From NCBI GenBank assembly GCA_021294815.2, contig CP095464.1, forward strand, positions 180,001 to 212,000: a stretch of 32,000 nt of DNA, given 5' to 3'. The stretch is from Verrucomicrobiota bacterium. Lineage in GTDB: Bacteria; Verrucomicrobiota; Verrucomicrobiia; Opitutales; LL51. Shown here piece after piece: positions 6,203 through 16,304 of the stretch. Position numbers and translations under genes: made by a program. The notes beneath the pieces were generated by a model. The model ran no database searches, was not told the origin of the DNA, and saw only the letters and a list, made by a program, of their open reading frames with translations. How positions within the stretch are numbered: position 1 is the first letter of the stretch; every line of letters starts with the position of its first letter.

Positions 6203-8596
6203 CTATAAGTTCTTACCTGCCTGAGTTTCAACCCACACACCACAGCTCATTGGAGGAATTTCGAGAATCATTGACGACAATGGATAATGTGCACAGCCAG
6301 TACCAAAAGTGAACGTATCGGCAATCTGTTGAAAAGCTTCCCAAGACGTATTTTGTAAATCAAACTCGGCAATTGTTTCATGCGGATTGAGCGCCAACAA
6401 AACACCGGAAACGTTCTCAAGTTTCAATAAAATGGCTGCCGCAGAATCGTTTCTTGCCGATGGAAAAATTTTTGCGTAGTCCTCGGGAAGAGACTGCCTT
6501 TTTTGAAACAGTCTCGAAGTTTGGCGCAAATGAATGAGGTTTTTAATGTACTGAAACGTCAACGGGTATTCGTTTTGGCGCATGTAGGAAAGCGCATTGT
6601 GGTCACCCCGCTGATAGGTGTTTTCAACGCCACGCTTGGAATGTAGTAGCTCGATACCTTCTGCAAACATCGGAACACCTTGAGAAAGTAACAAAATCGC
6701 GAGCGCCATATGCGTTCGACGAAGATCATTCATCGTCGGATAGCTCCCATCGTGATTGGCATTTTCAGTGATCGCGTCCAACCAACAGTAATCATCATGC
6801 GATGCGAGATAGTTGATGCTCTGCGCCGGGAAACTAGACCGAAAATCGACCGATCCGCGGAGGAAATAACGCAAGCCCTCGCGATTGCCATGTCCATGAA
6901 CATACTGCGGGATGAAATTCCGGAATTCGTCGTTCCAGGCCTGTAATCGCGTCGCTTTAACCTCGTGCCCCACATAACACCGGAAGCTCCAAGGCTCCGC
7001 AATCATTACTAAATTGGGTTTTAATTGTTGCAGCTTTTCTCGGGCTTCTTCGAGAAAAGGTAACCCTATAAGTTCTGCGAGATCAAAACGAAAACCATCG
7101 ACATCATACATCTCGATCCAATGTTGAAGGCTATCGAGAATTAATCGGCGTACCATCGGGTTCTCCGTTTTCAAATCATTTCCGCAGCCACTGAAATTCT
7201 CTAACGTCCCATCGCCGCTTTTTTGTCGAAAGTAATAGCGGTCATCGATCGCATACAAATGATTGGGATTGCCAACATGATTGTAAACGACGTCTAGAAT
7301 AACGGATAACCCGTGTCGATGGCAAGTTTCGACCAGTTTTTTGAACTCTTCGATCTGAGATGCACGTTCGGGGCAAGAAGCATACGCGCTCGCCGGAGAA
7401 AAGTAATTGACGGGCATATACCCCCAATGGTACCCTTCGGGCTTCTCATTATCGAACTCCTGGATCGGTTGCAGTTCAAGCGCATTGATCCCAAGTGACT
7501 CGAAATAGCCGTTTTCAATGAGTTGGCAAAGACCCGAGAAATGAAGTCGATCTTCTGGCGTAATGGAGGTAACTTTGGCTGTCATATCACGCACGTGGCA
7601 TTCGTAAATCACAAGCTCCTCGGGTGCTGATCGATGAGGATAAATACCATCAACTTTCTGGGAATTGACGATTATTCCTGGGCCTTCACGCTGGACAAGT
7701 GCCTGTGCATAGGGATCGACCACGTCGGTCGTTACTGCTGCTGAACCCTGTATGCGCGTTACGCGGTACATGTAGTATTGCTCCGATAGATCTTTTTCAA
7801 TCACAGCTGACCAGGTACCTTCTTCAGAATTACACTCCATAGGGAAAGTATTCCATTCGGCGCCCAGCGAAACTTTCCACAAGACTTCAACTATACGCGC
7901 TTGTGGCGCAAATAATCCGAAAAATGTTTTTTGATCCTCGACGTGCGCCCCCAAAAATGCCGTTGAGGATAGCGACGCCAAGTAATGGTCATAATTAATC
8001 TGAAATTTTTCGTTTTCTACGAAAAGTGTCGCTGCATCCGCACACGAGTACTTTTGATTTTCCAACTCAAAAACGGAAAGAGCTTTGGGATGGAGTGTTG
8101 GATCGTAATAAAAATTCTCCGCATTTTGCTCGGAAATAATTTTGTTCTTAAAAAATTCCCCTACCGGCAACCAGCGCCAACACTCCGTAACCAACTTGAA
8201 TTGAAAATTGTCTTTAACCTCTTCGGACGCGATTGTCGTTACATAAAAAAGCCTCTCATCGATCGTCTGCGGATGCAGTTCCCAACGCGCGTCTAGACCT
8301 TGTGAAAGCCAACCATTAATTTCTGCCGCCAGGTAAATCTTTTCGCCACCAACACAATTTTTTGCTAAATACGCCTCACTTACCCCTGAAACAATGCGAC
8401 CGTCTTGCGTTCCATAAGCATATTCTCGCAGCCACACACTGAGTGGAGCCTGTTTCCATTGAACGGCAACGGGGGCACCATTAATCGTAAATTCCCTAAA
8501 AAATTCCTGGAAATGGCTTATCGAAAAACCATCACGCCACTTGACAACTCCTCTTTTCGCATCCAACCACTCAACCCATTCAACGGCCTCTCCCAC
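6203..8596 (-). CDS. GH13 alpha-amylase-family debranching enzyme (type I pullulanase / glycogen debranching-like), apparently cytoplasmic
   Basis: Four conserved GH13 regions: VILDVVYNHVG, DGFRFDLAELIG, MIAEPW and NYLASHDD. A CBM48/E-set-like segment precedes the catalytic domain. GTG start, no signal peptide. Confidence 0.85.
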   Translation of the reverse strand: MGEAVEWVEWLDAKRGVVKWRDGFSISHFQEFFREFTINGAPVAVQWKQAPLSVWLREYAYGTQDGRIVSGVSEAYLAKNCVGGEKIYLAAEINGWLSQGLDARWELHPQTIDERLFYVTTIASEEVKDNFQFKLVTECWRWLPVGEFFKNKIISEQNAENFYYDPTLHPKALSVFELENQKYSCADAATLFVENEKFQINYDHYLASLSSTAFLGAHVEDQKTFFGLFAPQARIVEVLWKVSLGAEWNTFPMECNSEEGTWSAVIEKDLSEQYYMYRVTRIQGSAAVTTDVVDPYAQALVQREGPGIIVNSQKVDGIYPHRSAPEELVIYECHVRDMTAKVTSITPEDRLHFSGLCQLIENGYFESLGINALELQPIQEFDNEKPEGYHWGYMPVNYFSPASAYASCPERASQIEEFKKLVETCHRHGLSVILDVVYNHVGNPNHLYAIDDRYYFRQKSGDGTLENFSGCGNDLKTENPMVRRLILDSLQHWIEMYDVDGFRFDLAELIGLPFLEEAREKLQQLKPNLVMIAEPWSFRCYVGHEVKATRLQAWNDEFRNFIPQYVHGHGNREGLRYFLRGSVDFRSSFPAQSINYLASHDDYCWLDAITENANHDGSYPTMNDLRRTHMALAILLLSQGVPMFAEGIELLHSKRGVENTYQRGDHNALSYMRQNEYPLTFQYIKNLIHLRQTSRLFQKRQSLPEDYAKIFPSARNDSAAAILLKLENVSGVLLALNPHETIAEFDLQNTSWEAFQQIADTFTFGTGCAHYPLSSMILEIPPMSCGVWVETQAGKNL

Positions 8597-8634
8597 AGGT
8601 TATAGGATAATCGATCGACTAATTTTTACAATCT

Positions 8635-9123
8635 CTATGGAGTGGTGTTCATTTGAATCGGATTATCGTCACTGACGACGTTTTCGGGAAGTCGTAGCTC
8701 CTCTGACCAGCGCTTCACCTCCTCAGAACTCCCCTTCAAATAAAGGTAAACCGACGTTGCAGTGCGCTCACGCTCGTACTCGAATTGTTCCAAAATCCGC
8801 TGCGTTTTCTGGGGCAAAACTTCAATAGGCGCATCTTGATATTTACGTAAAAGGCTTTGAAAAAAATCTTGATACGCCTCGCGTTTCTTGTGAATCTCTC
8901 GATACTCACAAATTCCGTCCTCAAACGCAGCAACCGCAACGCATTGATTGGGCTTTTGTGATAACTGCGGATGGAAGCCAAAAAAAATCAAAGGTTTACA
9001 GTAAAGATCATTCCATTCTTCGTTTGTAATTGTTTTGATGTGTAACATGAGTGGACCCTTTAGGGCAGTTCGGTAGCATTGCCATTTTTTTTTGTCAATC
9101 CTTATTTTCAGCTTGAAAAACAT
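8635..9123 (-). CDS. hypothetical protein
   Basis: 162-aa ORF with no motif recognised. A more plausible start is the ATG at 9048 (MLHIKTITNEEW...), which would leave an A9 tract in the promoter region rather than in the coding sequence. Confidence 0.4.
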   Translation of the reverse strand: MFFKLKIRIDKKKWQCYRTALKGPLMLHIKTITNEEWNDLYCKPLIFFGFHPQLSQKPNQCVAVAAFEDGICEYREIHKKREAYQDFFQSLLRKYQDAPIEVLPQKTQRILEQFEYERERTATSVYLYLKGSSEEVKRWSEELRLPENVVSDDNPIQMNTTP

Positions 9124-9148
9124 TTTTTACTTTTTCTAATGCGGCGCC

Positions 9149-9547
9149 GTGTTGAGACATTTTTTTCATTTACTTGGCGGAGTTTTTTTACTTGGAAGCG
9201 CGCACGGCGATAGCCTTCACCAGTTTGCGATCCCGTTTTTCAACTCACAAGGCGTCAAGGTTTACAATATTTCAGGGAAGCAGGCAGATGTGTTCCCAGG
9301 AGGACGTTTTTGCGTTCAGGATGTCCTGATCACGACGACATCGGAAGAGGCTCCAGACCTTTCGATTATGAGCGATCAGGCGAAAATCGACTTACCCAAT
9401 AACGAAGCCTCGGGCGACGGTTTTATTGTCGTTGCTCACAAACAATTTTCGGCTACAGGCGAGCAATGGGAATTAAACGGCGCACAAAAACAACTCACGC
9501 TTAACAAAAATGTCCAGGTATTTTTCGAGGCAAATCCAAGCCGCTAG
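9149..9547 (+). CDS. LptC-like small periplasmic or anchored protein (OstA-like beta-jellyroll inferred)
   Basis: GTG start and a hydrophobic N-terminus (HLLGGVFLLGSAHG). The small beta-rich sequence sits immediately upstream of the lptA-like gene and lptB. The call rests mainly on position and size. Confidence 0.45.
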   Translation: MLRHFFHLLGGVFLLGSAHGDSLHQFAIPFFNSQGVKVYNISGKQADVFPGGRFCVQDVLITTTSEEAPDLSIMSDQAKIDLPNNEASGDGFIVVAHKQFSATGEQWELNGAQKQLTLNKNVQVFFEANPSR

Positions 9548-10154
9548 TGAGCGTTTGCGCCTTTTTCTTTTTCTCTTTTTGCTTTCATCGTCACTGTTTG
9601 CCGGAATTTCCATAACCAGCGACCGGCTGAATGTTTCTTTTGAAGATAACGCTTCTGAGTTAACGTTTTCCGAGCATGTTCACGTCACTGCTCCGCTTTT
9701 TACCGCCGACTGCACCCAAGCCCGCGTCGCCGTTGCTGGCAAGTTGACCGACTTTCAGTCCGACCTCGGTAGCATCCGTCATGTCTGGATCACGGGTCCT
9801 CTCTCGCTAACCCAGGAAGATCGCCAATGCACAGCAGATGCGGCAGAAATTATTCCCGGTGAATCGATCATTCTTTTAAAAGGGAATGCGGTTATTCGAA
9901 GTTCTATGGGGACGGTCTCGGCACCCATGATTAAAGTTAATTACCTCACTAAGAACGTAGAAGTAATTAGTGACCGCGGAGGTTCACAACCCGTTCAGAT
10001 CTCGATTGAACAAACCGAATTAATAGCCACGCCAGCCCCAGAAATTTCGGCACATCAACCACTAAAACCCCCGGATTATCCTCATACTTCTCGATTAAAA
10101 AATCTTCTCCAGACGCCACAATTTATTGTTCGCGAGGCACCTCCGGTCATTTGA
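9510..10154 (+). CDS. lptA: LptA/OstA-N-like periplasmic LPS transport protein
   Basis: Signal-peptide-like RLFLFLFLLSSSLFAG, then repeated beta-strand segments (ISITSDRLNV..., LLKGNAVIRSSMGTVSAPMIKVNY) typical of OstA_N, directly upstream of lptB. The TTG at 9555 is a likelier start and removes the 38-nt overlap with the upstream gene. Confidence 0.6.
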   Translation: MSRYFSRQIQAASERLRLFLFLFLLSSSLFAGISITSDRLNVSFEDNASELTFSEHVHVTAPLFTADCTQARVAVAGKLTDFQSDLGSIRHVWITGPLSLTQEDRQCTADAAEIIPGESIILLKGNAVIRSSMGTVSAPMIKVNYLTKNVEVISDRGGSQPVQISIEQTELIATPAPEISAHQPLKPPDYPHTSRLKNLLQTPQFIVREAPPVI

Positions 10155-10211
10155 GGAATCTAACGGCGGTTTGTTCTTTTCAAAAGTAGTGTCCCTCGCT
10201 TTATTAAAAAC

Positions 10212-10937
10212 ATGCCCTGCGTTCTCTCAGCACATGACCTCTGTAAAACTTACGGGAAACGCTCGGTTGTCCAAAAGGTAAGTCTAGAGGTCGCCGCGGG
10301 CGAAATTGTCGGTATCCTTGGCCCTAATGGTGCCGGAAAGACGACAACTTTTTATATGATTGTCGGGCTCGTCGCTCCAGATTCCGGCCAGATTGTTTTC
10401 GAAGAACAGGACATATCGCGTTTACCGATGCATCGTCGCGCACAGCTCGGCATTGGATATCTTCCTCAAGAGAGCTCGATTTTTCGCCAGCTATCGGTAT
10501 ACGACAACTTGCGTATTGTTGCCGAAAATCTTCCGATTCCCGCGGGTTCGCTGGATGCGACTATTCGTCATGCGCTTGAAGAACTAGGGATCACGCATCT
10601 CGCATCTCAAAAGGCGTACACTTTAAGTGGCGGAGAACGCCGGCGGCTCGAAATCAGCCGTGCCTTAATGATGAATCCCAAAATCTTACTGCTCGACGAA
10701 CCTTTCGGCGGCGTCGATCCCATTAGCGTTGCGGAAATCCAGGCAATTATTACGCAGCTGAAGCAGAAATCGATTGGCATCCTGATCACGGATCACAACG
10801 TGCGCGAAACGCTTTCAATCGTCGATCGCGCCTATCTGATTCACGAGGGGAAGGTACTTTGTGAAGGCGACCGCGGTGTCCTGCTTAACGATCCCCGAAG
10901 CCGCAAACTCTACCTCGGTGAACGCTTTTCGTTATAA
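10212..10937 (+). CDS. lptB: LPS export ABC transporter ATP-binding protein LptB
   Basis: Walker A GPNGAGKTT, the signature LSGGERRRLEISRAL, Walker B LLLDEPF and the H-loop ITDHN. The 241-aa size and the C-terminal RKLYLGERF are typical of LptB. Confidence 0.92.
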   Translation: MPCVLSAHDLCKTYGKRSVVQKVSLEVAAGEIVGILGPNGAGKTTTFYMIVGLVAPDSGQIVFEEQDISRLPMHRRAQLGIGYLPQESSIFRQLSVYDNLRIVAENLPIPAGSLDATIRHALEELGITHLASQKAYTLSGGERRRLEISRALMMNPKILLLDEPFGGVDPISVAEIQAIITQLKQKSIGILITDHNVRETLSIVDRAYLIHEGKVLCEGDRGVLLNDPRSRKLYLGERFSL

Positions 10938-10981
10938 TAAATAGGGGTTGCCAGAAGAGCTAAAAATAATTCCAACATCGC

Positions 10982-12085
10982 ATGACGTTACCCGAGGTTT
11001 CACTTAAAGAAGTACGCTATCTTTTGGTTGACGATGGAATCTTTTGGGATCCTCAGCGCATACTTTCAGGGAACGATCTCAAAAATCCCGGAGGAGATGC
11101 GATCTATCTTCACAACCAAAACCAGGATCCGTCGCCAGAATCCGCGATCCCGTTCAGTACCTACGACGGCATGGCGTTGAAAAACATTTTTCACGAAGCT
11201 CTGGGGATGGAGGTTTATGTGCTCTCGTCCGAGAATCGTTTTTCGGAAATTATCGAGTCGCGCATGAAGGTCCTCAATATCGCCGGTTATTTTCCAAATC
11301 TCGGCAATCGAATGCGTTTTCTGGAACAATTTCGTCAAAAAAACGACTGCAATTTTCAGAACCTACTCTACTTCGGCAACGACGAAGCAATTTTAGAAAC
11401 CGCTAGGAATGATGAGGGCCCTATCGTCGTTACGGAACGACCTGTTATGACACCCTCAACCCAATACTTTTCGCTTAAAAGACCGCACATGCTCCGCCAG
11501 TTCGCGAACCGGTATACTATGGAGTTACCGCAAATCGTTCAACTTCTTGAGGTTCTGCGTCAAGAGACAACTACACCCACCATATCACTGCATAAAAACT
11601 CCAAGTCGACGCTTATTTTGGACATCGATGGAACGTGTACGGATGCTGCCATGATCTTTGCTACCGATGGTTCTCGCTGGAAACGTTTTTCTAAACGCGA
11701 CATTGCAGCGATCAAGCATTGGAACCAGGCTGGCAATCACGTCTTTTTTGTCACCGGTGAAAATGGGCTTATTCCTTATCGCTTAGCAGCATTAACCGAA
11801 ACTCCGGAGTCACATGTATTTACTGATGCCGGTAATCGCAAACGATCTATTGTCACTTCGCTGTGCCAGGAATATGGCGTCAACCTCGGCGACATTGCTT
11901 ACGTCGGCGACGATATCAATGATTTTGGCGTCATGGAATTTCTAGTACAACACCACGGCTGGATCGCGTGCCCTTCGACGGCAATGCCGATTATCCAAAC
12001 CGTTCCTAGTGTGCATATCCTACAATCTACCGGCGGCAACGGTGCCATCGCAGAAGCGGTTTCCCTATTTCTTAAGAATACTTAG
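10982..12085 (+). CDS. kdsC: KdsC-family (Kdo-8-phosphate phosphatase, HAD IIIA) protein with a tandem duplicated fold; the C-terminal half is canonical and the N-terminal half degenerate
   Basis: The C-terminal half carries LILDIDGTCTDA (DxDGxxTD), VTGENG, AYVGDDINDFGVM and GGNGAIAEAV, collinear with E. coli KdsC as I remember it. The N-terminal half is collinear but reads LLVDDGIFWD and YFGNDEAI. Confidence 0.8.
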   Translation: MTLPEVSLKEVRYLLVDDGIFWDPQRILSGNDLKNPGGDAIYLHNQNQDPSPESAIPFSTYDGMALKNIFHEALGMEVYVLSSENRFSEIIESRMKVLNIAGYFPNLGNRMRFLEQFRQKNDCNFQNLLYFGNDEAILETARNDEGPIVVTERPVMTPSTQYFSLKRPHMLRQFANRYTMELPQIVQLLEVLRQETTTPTISLHKNSKSTLILDIDGTCTDAAMIFATDGSRWKRFSKRDIAAIKHWNQAGNHVFFVTGENGLIPYRLAALTETPESHVFTDAGNRKRSIVTSLCQEYGVNLGDIAYVGDDINDFGVMEFLVQHHGWIACPSTAMPIIQTVPSVHILQSTGGNGAIAEAVSLFLKNT

Positions 12086-12912
12086 CGATGCATCAGCTGT
12101 TTTGCCGATTCCAAGGTATCGCGCTCTCCCGGTGTTAGTGACTGAAACCCTGTCGCATTGATTTTATCGAGAATACGGTCAATTTCTTGGCGCTGTGACG
12201 CGTTTTTGGCGATGTATAGTCTGTAACTATCGCCTTGCACGGTCGACTTCCGGATAAACCATTCCTTCCATTGTTTTTGAATCATTTTTCCGAAATCAAA
12301 CCCCCGTTGGCTCAAAACATAGACCAGGTATCCCCCTAAAAAGCCACCAAGGTGTGCGGAATTCGCGATCATTCCATACCCCGCGAGCTCCTGTGTCAAG
12401 AAGCCCAAAACTTCTAATCCAACGGTGATTGCTAAAAGCGTACGCGGTCGCAGTCGTATCGGCAGAACGAAAAAAAATAAAAACGTCAAAGGCTGGTCTC
12501 TTAGAGCCAGACAGAAATACGTAAAAATCCCCAAGCATCCCGCCGAAGCACCGATCAAAAACCGCCCCGGATGTGTACAACTTACCAAAAGCCACACGAG
12601 AGCACCGGTTAAACTCGCAAAGAAAAATAAACTATACAGGATTCGGGAGCCATACTGTTGTTCGACGACGCGTCCGATAAAAAATAAAATCAGACCATTC
12701 CCAAAGAGATGCCAAAAATCGGCATGCATCAGCGAATACGTCAATATCTGCCAAATCCGACCGCTCCGAAGCCCATCAATTGAAAGAGCAAAAATGTCGT
12801 GGAAGTGGCGCCCAAATACCGAGCTGAGCAAAAACGTCGCCGCCATCGTCGTCAGAAGCACACACGAAGCACTCCATGATCGCTGCCACCCGACTCGATA
12901 GACCCTCGGCAC
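12082..12912 (-). CDS. rhomboid-family intramembrane serine protease
   Basis: Polytopic protein with WHLFGN (the HxxxN motif), GASAGCLG (the catalytic GxSxG) and the downstream NSAHLGGFLGGY (catalytic His). GTG start. It has a soluble C-terminal tail. Confidence 0.85.
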   Translation of the reverse strand: MPRVYRVGWQRSWSASCVLLTTMAATFLLSSVFGRHFHDIFALSIDGLRSGRIWQILTYSLMHADFWHLFGNGLILFFIGRVVEQQYGSRILYSLFFFASLTGALVWLLVSCTHPGRFLIGASAGCLGIFTYFCLALRDQPLTFLFFFVLPIRLRPRTLLAITVGLEVLGFLTQELAGYGMIANSAHLGGFLGGYLVYVLSQRGFDFGKMIQKQWKEWFIRKSTVQGDSYRLYIAKNASQRQEIDRILDKINATGFQSLTPGERDTLESAKQLMHR

Positions 12913-12957
12913 GTTTATTTTCTACGGTTTCACGTTCTTTTGTCAAAGGATATCGCG

Positions 12958-13257
12958 CTACTCAAATCGGAAGAGAAGTTCGTCCTCGTGAACCGATTGC
13001 AGCTGTTCGCGCGCAACGTGTTCGCGGAATTCTAAATCTTCGCGCAGCGCCCGTACGTGTTCCTCTTGAATCGCGACAGCTTCTTGTTCTTCCTGATATT
13101 GTTGCTCGCGTGCCGCCTCCAAATCCGCCACTTGGCGATAGTAAACGTAGACCTCATAGACAGATCTCACGCCGATAACGCCAATCACAACCCAAAGTAC
13201 CCAACCACACCATCGAACCATGTGGTACCACAATTCCTTTGAAAAAAATTTTTTCAT
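12958..13257 (-). CDS. septum formation initiator family protein (FtsB/DivIC-like)
   Basis: 99 aa with a single N-terminal TM segment (WCGWVLWVVIGVIGV), then a Glu/Gln-rich coiled coil and a C-terminal EHVAREQLQSVHEDELLFRF resembling the conserved FtsB/DivIC tail. Confidence 0.65.
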   Translation of the reverse strand: MKKFFSKELWYHMVRWCGWVLWVVIGVIGVRSVYEVYVYYRQVADLEAAREQQYQEEQEAVAIQEEHVRALREDLEFREHVAREQLQSVHEDELLFRFE

Positions 13258-13320
13258 TTTCTCCGTAAAAAGACAAACATGAACAACGGATGTATGTAAT
13301 CAATTCTGGAAAGTAAAAGG

Positions 13321-16263
13321 TTGATGTTTGCTAAAAAACTGTTCTTAATTCGCCATATTATGTGGAAGAATTCTCCTAGGATTCGAGTCGTACTCCAACA
13401 ATTTCTCTTATTGGGATCCTGTATCGTAGCGTTTGTCGGATGCCAATCGACAAGGCATTCTCAAACGGCATTTTCTCTCGCTGCAAAAATCCCTTCCGAC
13501 CCTGAAATTCACTATGGCCGCCTTTCGAATGGATTTCGTTACGCTGTTATGCGGCATCCTTACCCCAAGGATCGGATCGCGACCATGCTTCACGTTGATG
13601 CGGGATCGGCCATGGAAGACGAAGATGAGCGGGGGTTTGCGCACTTTTTGGAACACGCGGTATTTCGACGCTCAAAACACTTTCCCAATGGCGACCTCAA
13701 CAAACAAATGGAACAGCTTGGTGTCGCGTACGGTCCCGAATTGAATGCAGGCACAGGGCCTTTTTGCACCCAATACCATGTCGATTTGGTCATTAATAAT
13801 ACGGCCAGTCTGGACGCGGCCATGGAGTGGTATCGTGACATTTGTGATGGCCTGCAATTTACCGATGACGACCTCAATCAGGAGCGTGGTGCAGTGCTTT
13901 CGGAAAAACGCGATAAAAAAAACGTTGATGAGCGACATACAAAATTTTTGTTCAACCGAATACTCCCCGATTTGCGGCTGACACAACGCATCCCTAATAT
14001 TGGTAAGCGCCGGACTATTGAGCAATGTACTGCCGAAAAGTTGATGCGTTTTCATGATCACTGGTACACACCCGGACGCTTGTTCTTTGTTGCCGTCGGT
14101 GATCTTGATGTCGACACCATGGAGCAACGTATTCGGGATACGTTTGAAAGTCTACCAGCAACACCGTCTGCACCAGATCCTGACTGGGGAACGGTTCATC
14201 CAAAACCACCGCAGTTTATACACTACTCAAACCGTGATATTCAACAAACAAGTCTGTCACTTTCCATATTTTCTCCAACACGTTGCTTAATCTACGACAA
14301 GAAAACGAGTCAGTATTGCCAGACTATGAATTGGGCTTTGGGAGTCCTCGCAGAGCGGCTCAGCAATAAACGTCATGACAGCGGACTTTTCCTAGGAGGA
14401 AGCTCGCAATATGCCGGAAATTTTTTTAAATCGAAATTCGATTGTGTCGAAATCGATATTGAATGTCAGTTGGAGCATTGGGAGGAGTGTCTGACGATTT
14501 TAGAGCAGGAATTCCGTCGACTCAAGCAGCATGGGGTCACGGAACAAGAGCTTGCGCGCCAGAAACGGCAAAGTATCCTGGCTGCACAACAAAACCTTAA
14601 CGCCGCAAAAACACGTTTTTCGGCTGCACTTGCAGAGCAGATCGCCGATGCCCATAGCATTCGTTGGCCCGTTCCTTCACTTCAGACGAAACTCGAACTT
14701 GTTCAACAACAGGCACAAATTATAACACCCGAAGACTGCAAAAAGGTCATTCAAGAACTTGAATCCAACCTCGTCATCGAATTAATGACTAATAAACAAG
14801 GTCCTTCTCTCGAAAACGAGTTAAAGGCAGTTTGGGAAAAATCTCAACAAGTCCCTGTTGAAGCACACGACGAACTAGCGCCGCCGCCTTTTGCATATCA
14901 CAAAAATGAAAAAGATCCGCTTCCGCCTTTACACACCGAAACCCATCTAGAAGACCTCGATGTCATGCAGCTAACGCTCGATAATGGTGTTCGCGTGAAT
15001 CTGAAAAATGTCGGGTTAAAAGACGATGAAGTCCTCGTCAACGTCAACATCGGTCAAGCCTACGGAACCAGCGCCTATCAACCTCAATTAGATCTGTCGA
15101 CCTCGATTTACCTGGATGCGAGTCTTATTTGTGGCGGGCTAAAAAAGCATTCTTGGAGAGAACTTTATAAAATTATTGAGGAGCAGTGCGTCAGTATTGG
15201 ATTTTCCGCAAGCCTAACCAATCTCTCTTTTTCCGGGAGTAGCGATACAGCACACGTTCCTTTTCTTCTAGAGCTCATCACGGCCTATCTTCAAGAACCG
15301 GCGCTCGAGGAACGCGCTTGGAGCGATACCCAGGAACAAATGAAGATTGCATTCGATAACCAAACCGGGAAACCAGGCGCCATCTTGCGGAACGCCTATA
15401 CGCAATGGATCGCGAGCAATCAGGATCTTTTTGGCCTCCCCGATCGTGAAGTATTTTTCTCGAAAAAGCGCGAAGATGCACTGGCAACCGCTGTCGAAAT
15501 TTTCAAACATGCTCCCATCGAAGTAACCGTTGTTGGCGATATTGATACCGTTTCTATTAAAGAACAAATTCAACGTACGTTAGGGACGCTTCTCAAACGC
15601 GACATGCCGCAAGAGGCTGAGAAAATTCACCTCACACTTCCGCAACAAAAGGATACCCAAATTTTTGAATTCGATAACGATGAATCGCGCTCAATTTTGG
15701 CCATTAATTTTCCAACGATTGATAAACGTGATTTTGCCGAAAACCGTCGGCTAGCGATTGTTGCCGACCTTCTCAACAACCGCATCATGGATCAAGTGCG
15801 AGAGAAAGACGGGCAAATTTACGGGGTACGGGTCCAAAATCGCCCTACGAATTTCGAAAACTATGGACGAATGGAAATCCTGATGTCGATTCACCCCGAG
15901 GCAGCGGAAAAACTTCAATCCCAGGTCCTTAAAATTATTGAAACATTTAAAGCTTCACCCGTCACAGCGGAAGAGCTCGCACGCGTTACACGCCCGATTC
16001 AGACGGGAATTCCCCGGATGTTAAATTCTAATGGATTTTGGCTTAATACGCTCTCTGACTGTCAAAAATTCCCAAGAGACATCGAAGCACTGCGCACAAT
16101 TGAGACCTATCTCGCCGATATCACACCGGAAGTCGTCCAAAAAACGGCTCAGAAGTACCTCAATGACCCTGTTTGTGCCGTTATTCGAAGAAAAGCGCCA
16201 ACTCCCGAAGAAGCAAGTAAACCAACCAGTTCAACTCCGGAATCCAATCCAAAGTCTGAATAG
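13321..16263 (+). CDS. M16 (pitrilysin/insulinase) family zinc peptidase, large two-module form, probably exported or a lipoprotein
   Basis: Inverted zincin motif HFLEHAVFR, with the downstream ERGAVLSEKR glutamate region. The 980-aa length suggests duplicated M16 halves. The N-terminus LLLGSCIVAFVGCQS is signal- or lipobox-like. Confidence 0.85.
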   Translation: MMFAKKLFLIRHIMWKNSPRIRVVLQQFLLLGSCIVAFVGCQSTRHSQTAFSLAAKIPSDPEIHYGRLSNGFRYAVMRHPYPKDRIATMLHVDAGSAMEDEDERGFAHFLEHAVFRRSKHFPNGDLNKQMEQLGVAYGPELNAGTGPFCTQYHVDLVINNTASLDAAMEWYRDICDGLQFTDDDLNQERGAVLSEKRDKKNVDERHTKFLFNRILPDLRLTQRIPNIGKRRTIEQCTAEKLMRFHDHWYTPGRLFFVAVGDLDVDTMEQRIRDTFESLPATPSAPDPDWGTVHPKPPQFIHYSNRDIQQTSLSLSIFSPTRCLIYDKKTSQYCQTMNWALGVLAERLSNKRHDSGLFLGGSSQYAGNFFKSKFDCVEIDIECQLEHWEECLTILEQEFRRLKQHGVTEQELARQKRQSILAAQQNLNAAKTRFSAALAEQIADAHSIRWPVPSLQTKLELVQQQAQIITPEDCKKVIQELESNLVIELMTNKQGPSLENELKAVWEKSQQVPVEAHDELAPPPFAYHKNEKDPLPPLHTETHLEDLDVMQLTLDNGVRVNLKNVGLKDDEVLVNVNIGQAYGTSAYQPQLDLSTSIYLDASLICGGLKKHSWRELYKIIEEQCVSIGFSASLTNLSFSGSSDTAHVPFLLELITAYLQEPALEERAWSDTQEQMKIAFDNQTGKPGAILRNAYTQWIASNQDLFGLPDREVFFSKKREDALATAVEIFKHAPIEVTVVGDIDTVSIKEQIQRTLGTLLKRDMPQEAEKIHLTLPQQKDTQIFEFDNDESRSILAINFPTIDKRDFAENRRLAIVADLLNNRIMDQVREKDGQIYGVRVQNRPTNFENYGRMEILMSIHPEAAEKLQSQVLKIIETFKASPVTAEELARVTRPIQTGIPRMLNSNGFWLNTLSDCQKFPRDIEALRTIETYLADITPEVVQKTAQKYLNDPVCAVIRRKAPTPEEASKPTSSTPESNPKSE

Positions 16264-16271
16264 TTTCACGT

Positions 16272-16299
16272 GACCATGCACTAGCCCCAAAGCATGGTC
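16272..16299. terminator. hairpin between the convergent M16 and alr genes (possible bidirectional terminator; no U-tract)
   Basis: gaccatgc (16272..16279) pairs with gcatggtc (16292..16299), giving an 8-bp perfect stem and a 12-nt loop. It lies in the 41-nt gap between the two stop codons. Confidence 0.25.
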
Positions 16300-16304
16300 G
16301 ACAT

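Noticed and set aside
9085-9093. T9/A9 homopolymer as a possible phase-variation tract in the 162-aa ORF
   Set aside because: A8-A9 runs recur throughout this window, including inside essential genes (for example near 24433 in ftsH and 13914 in the M16 gene). The tract probably lies upstream of the real start (ATG 9048).
12425-12901. 158-aa plus-strand ORF antisense to the rhomboid gene
   Set aside because: Its highly basic, low-complexity translation lies opposite a gene with clear rhomboid catalytic motifs.
13672-14127. 151-aa minus-strand ORF inside the M16 peptidase gene
   Set aside because: It is antisense to a region carrying M16 motifs and has no signal of its own.
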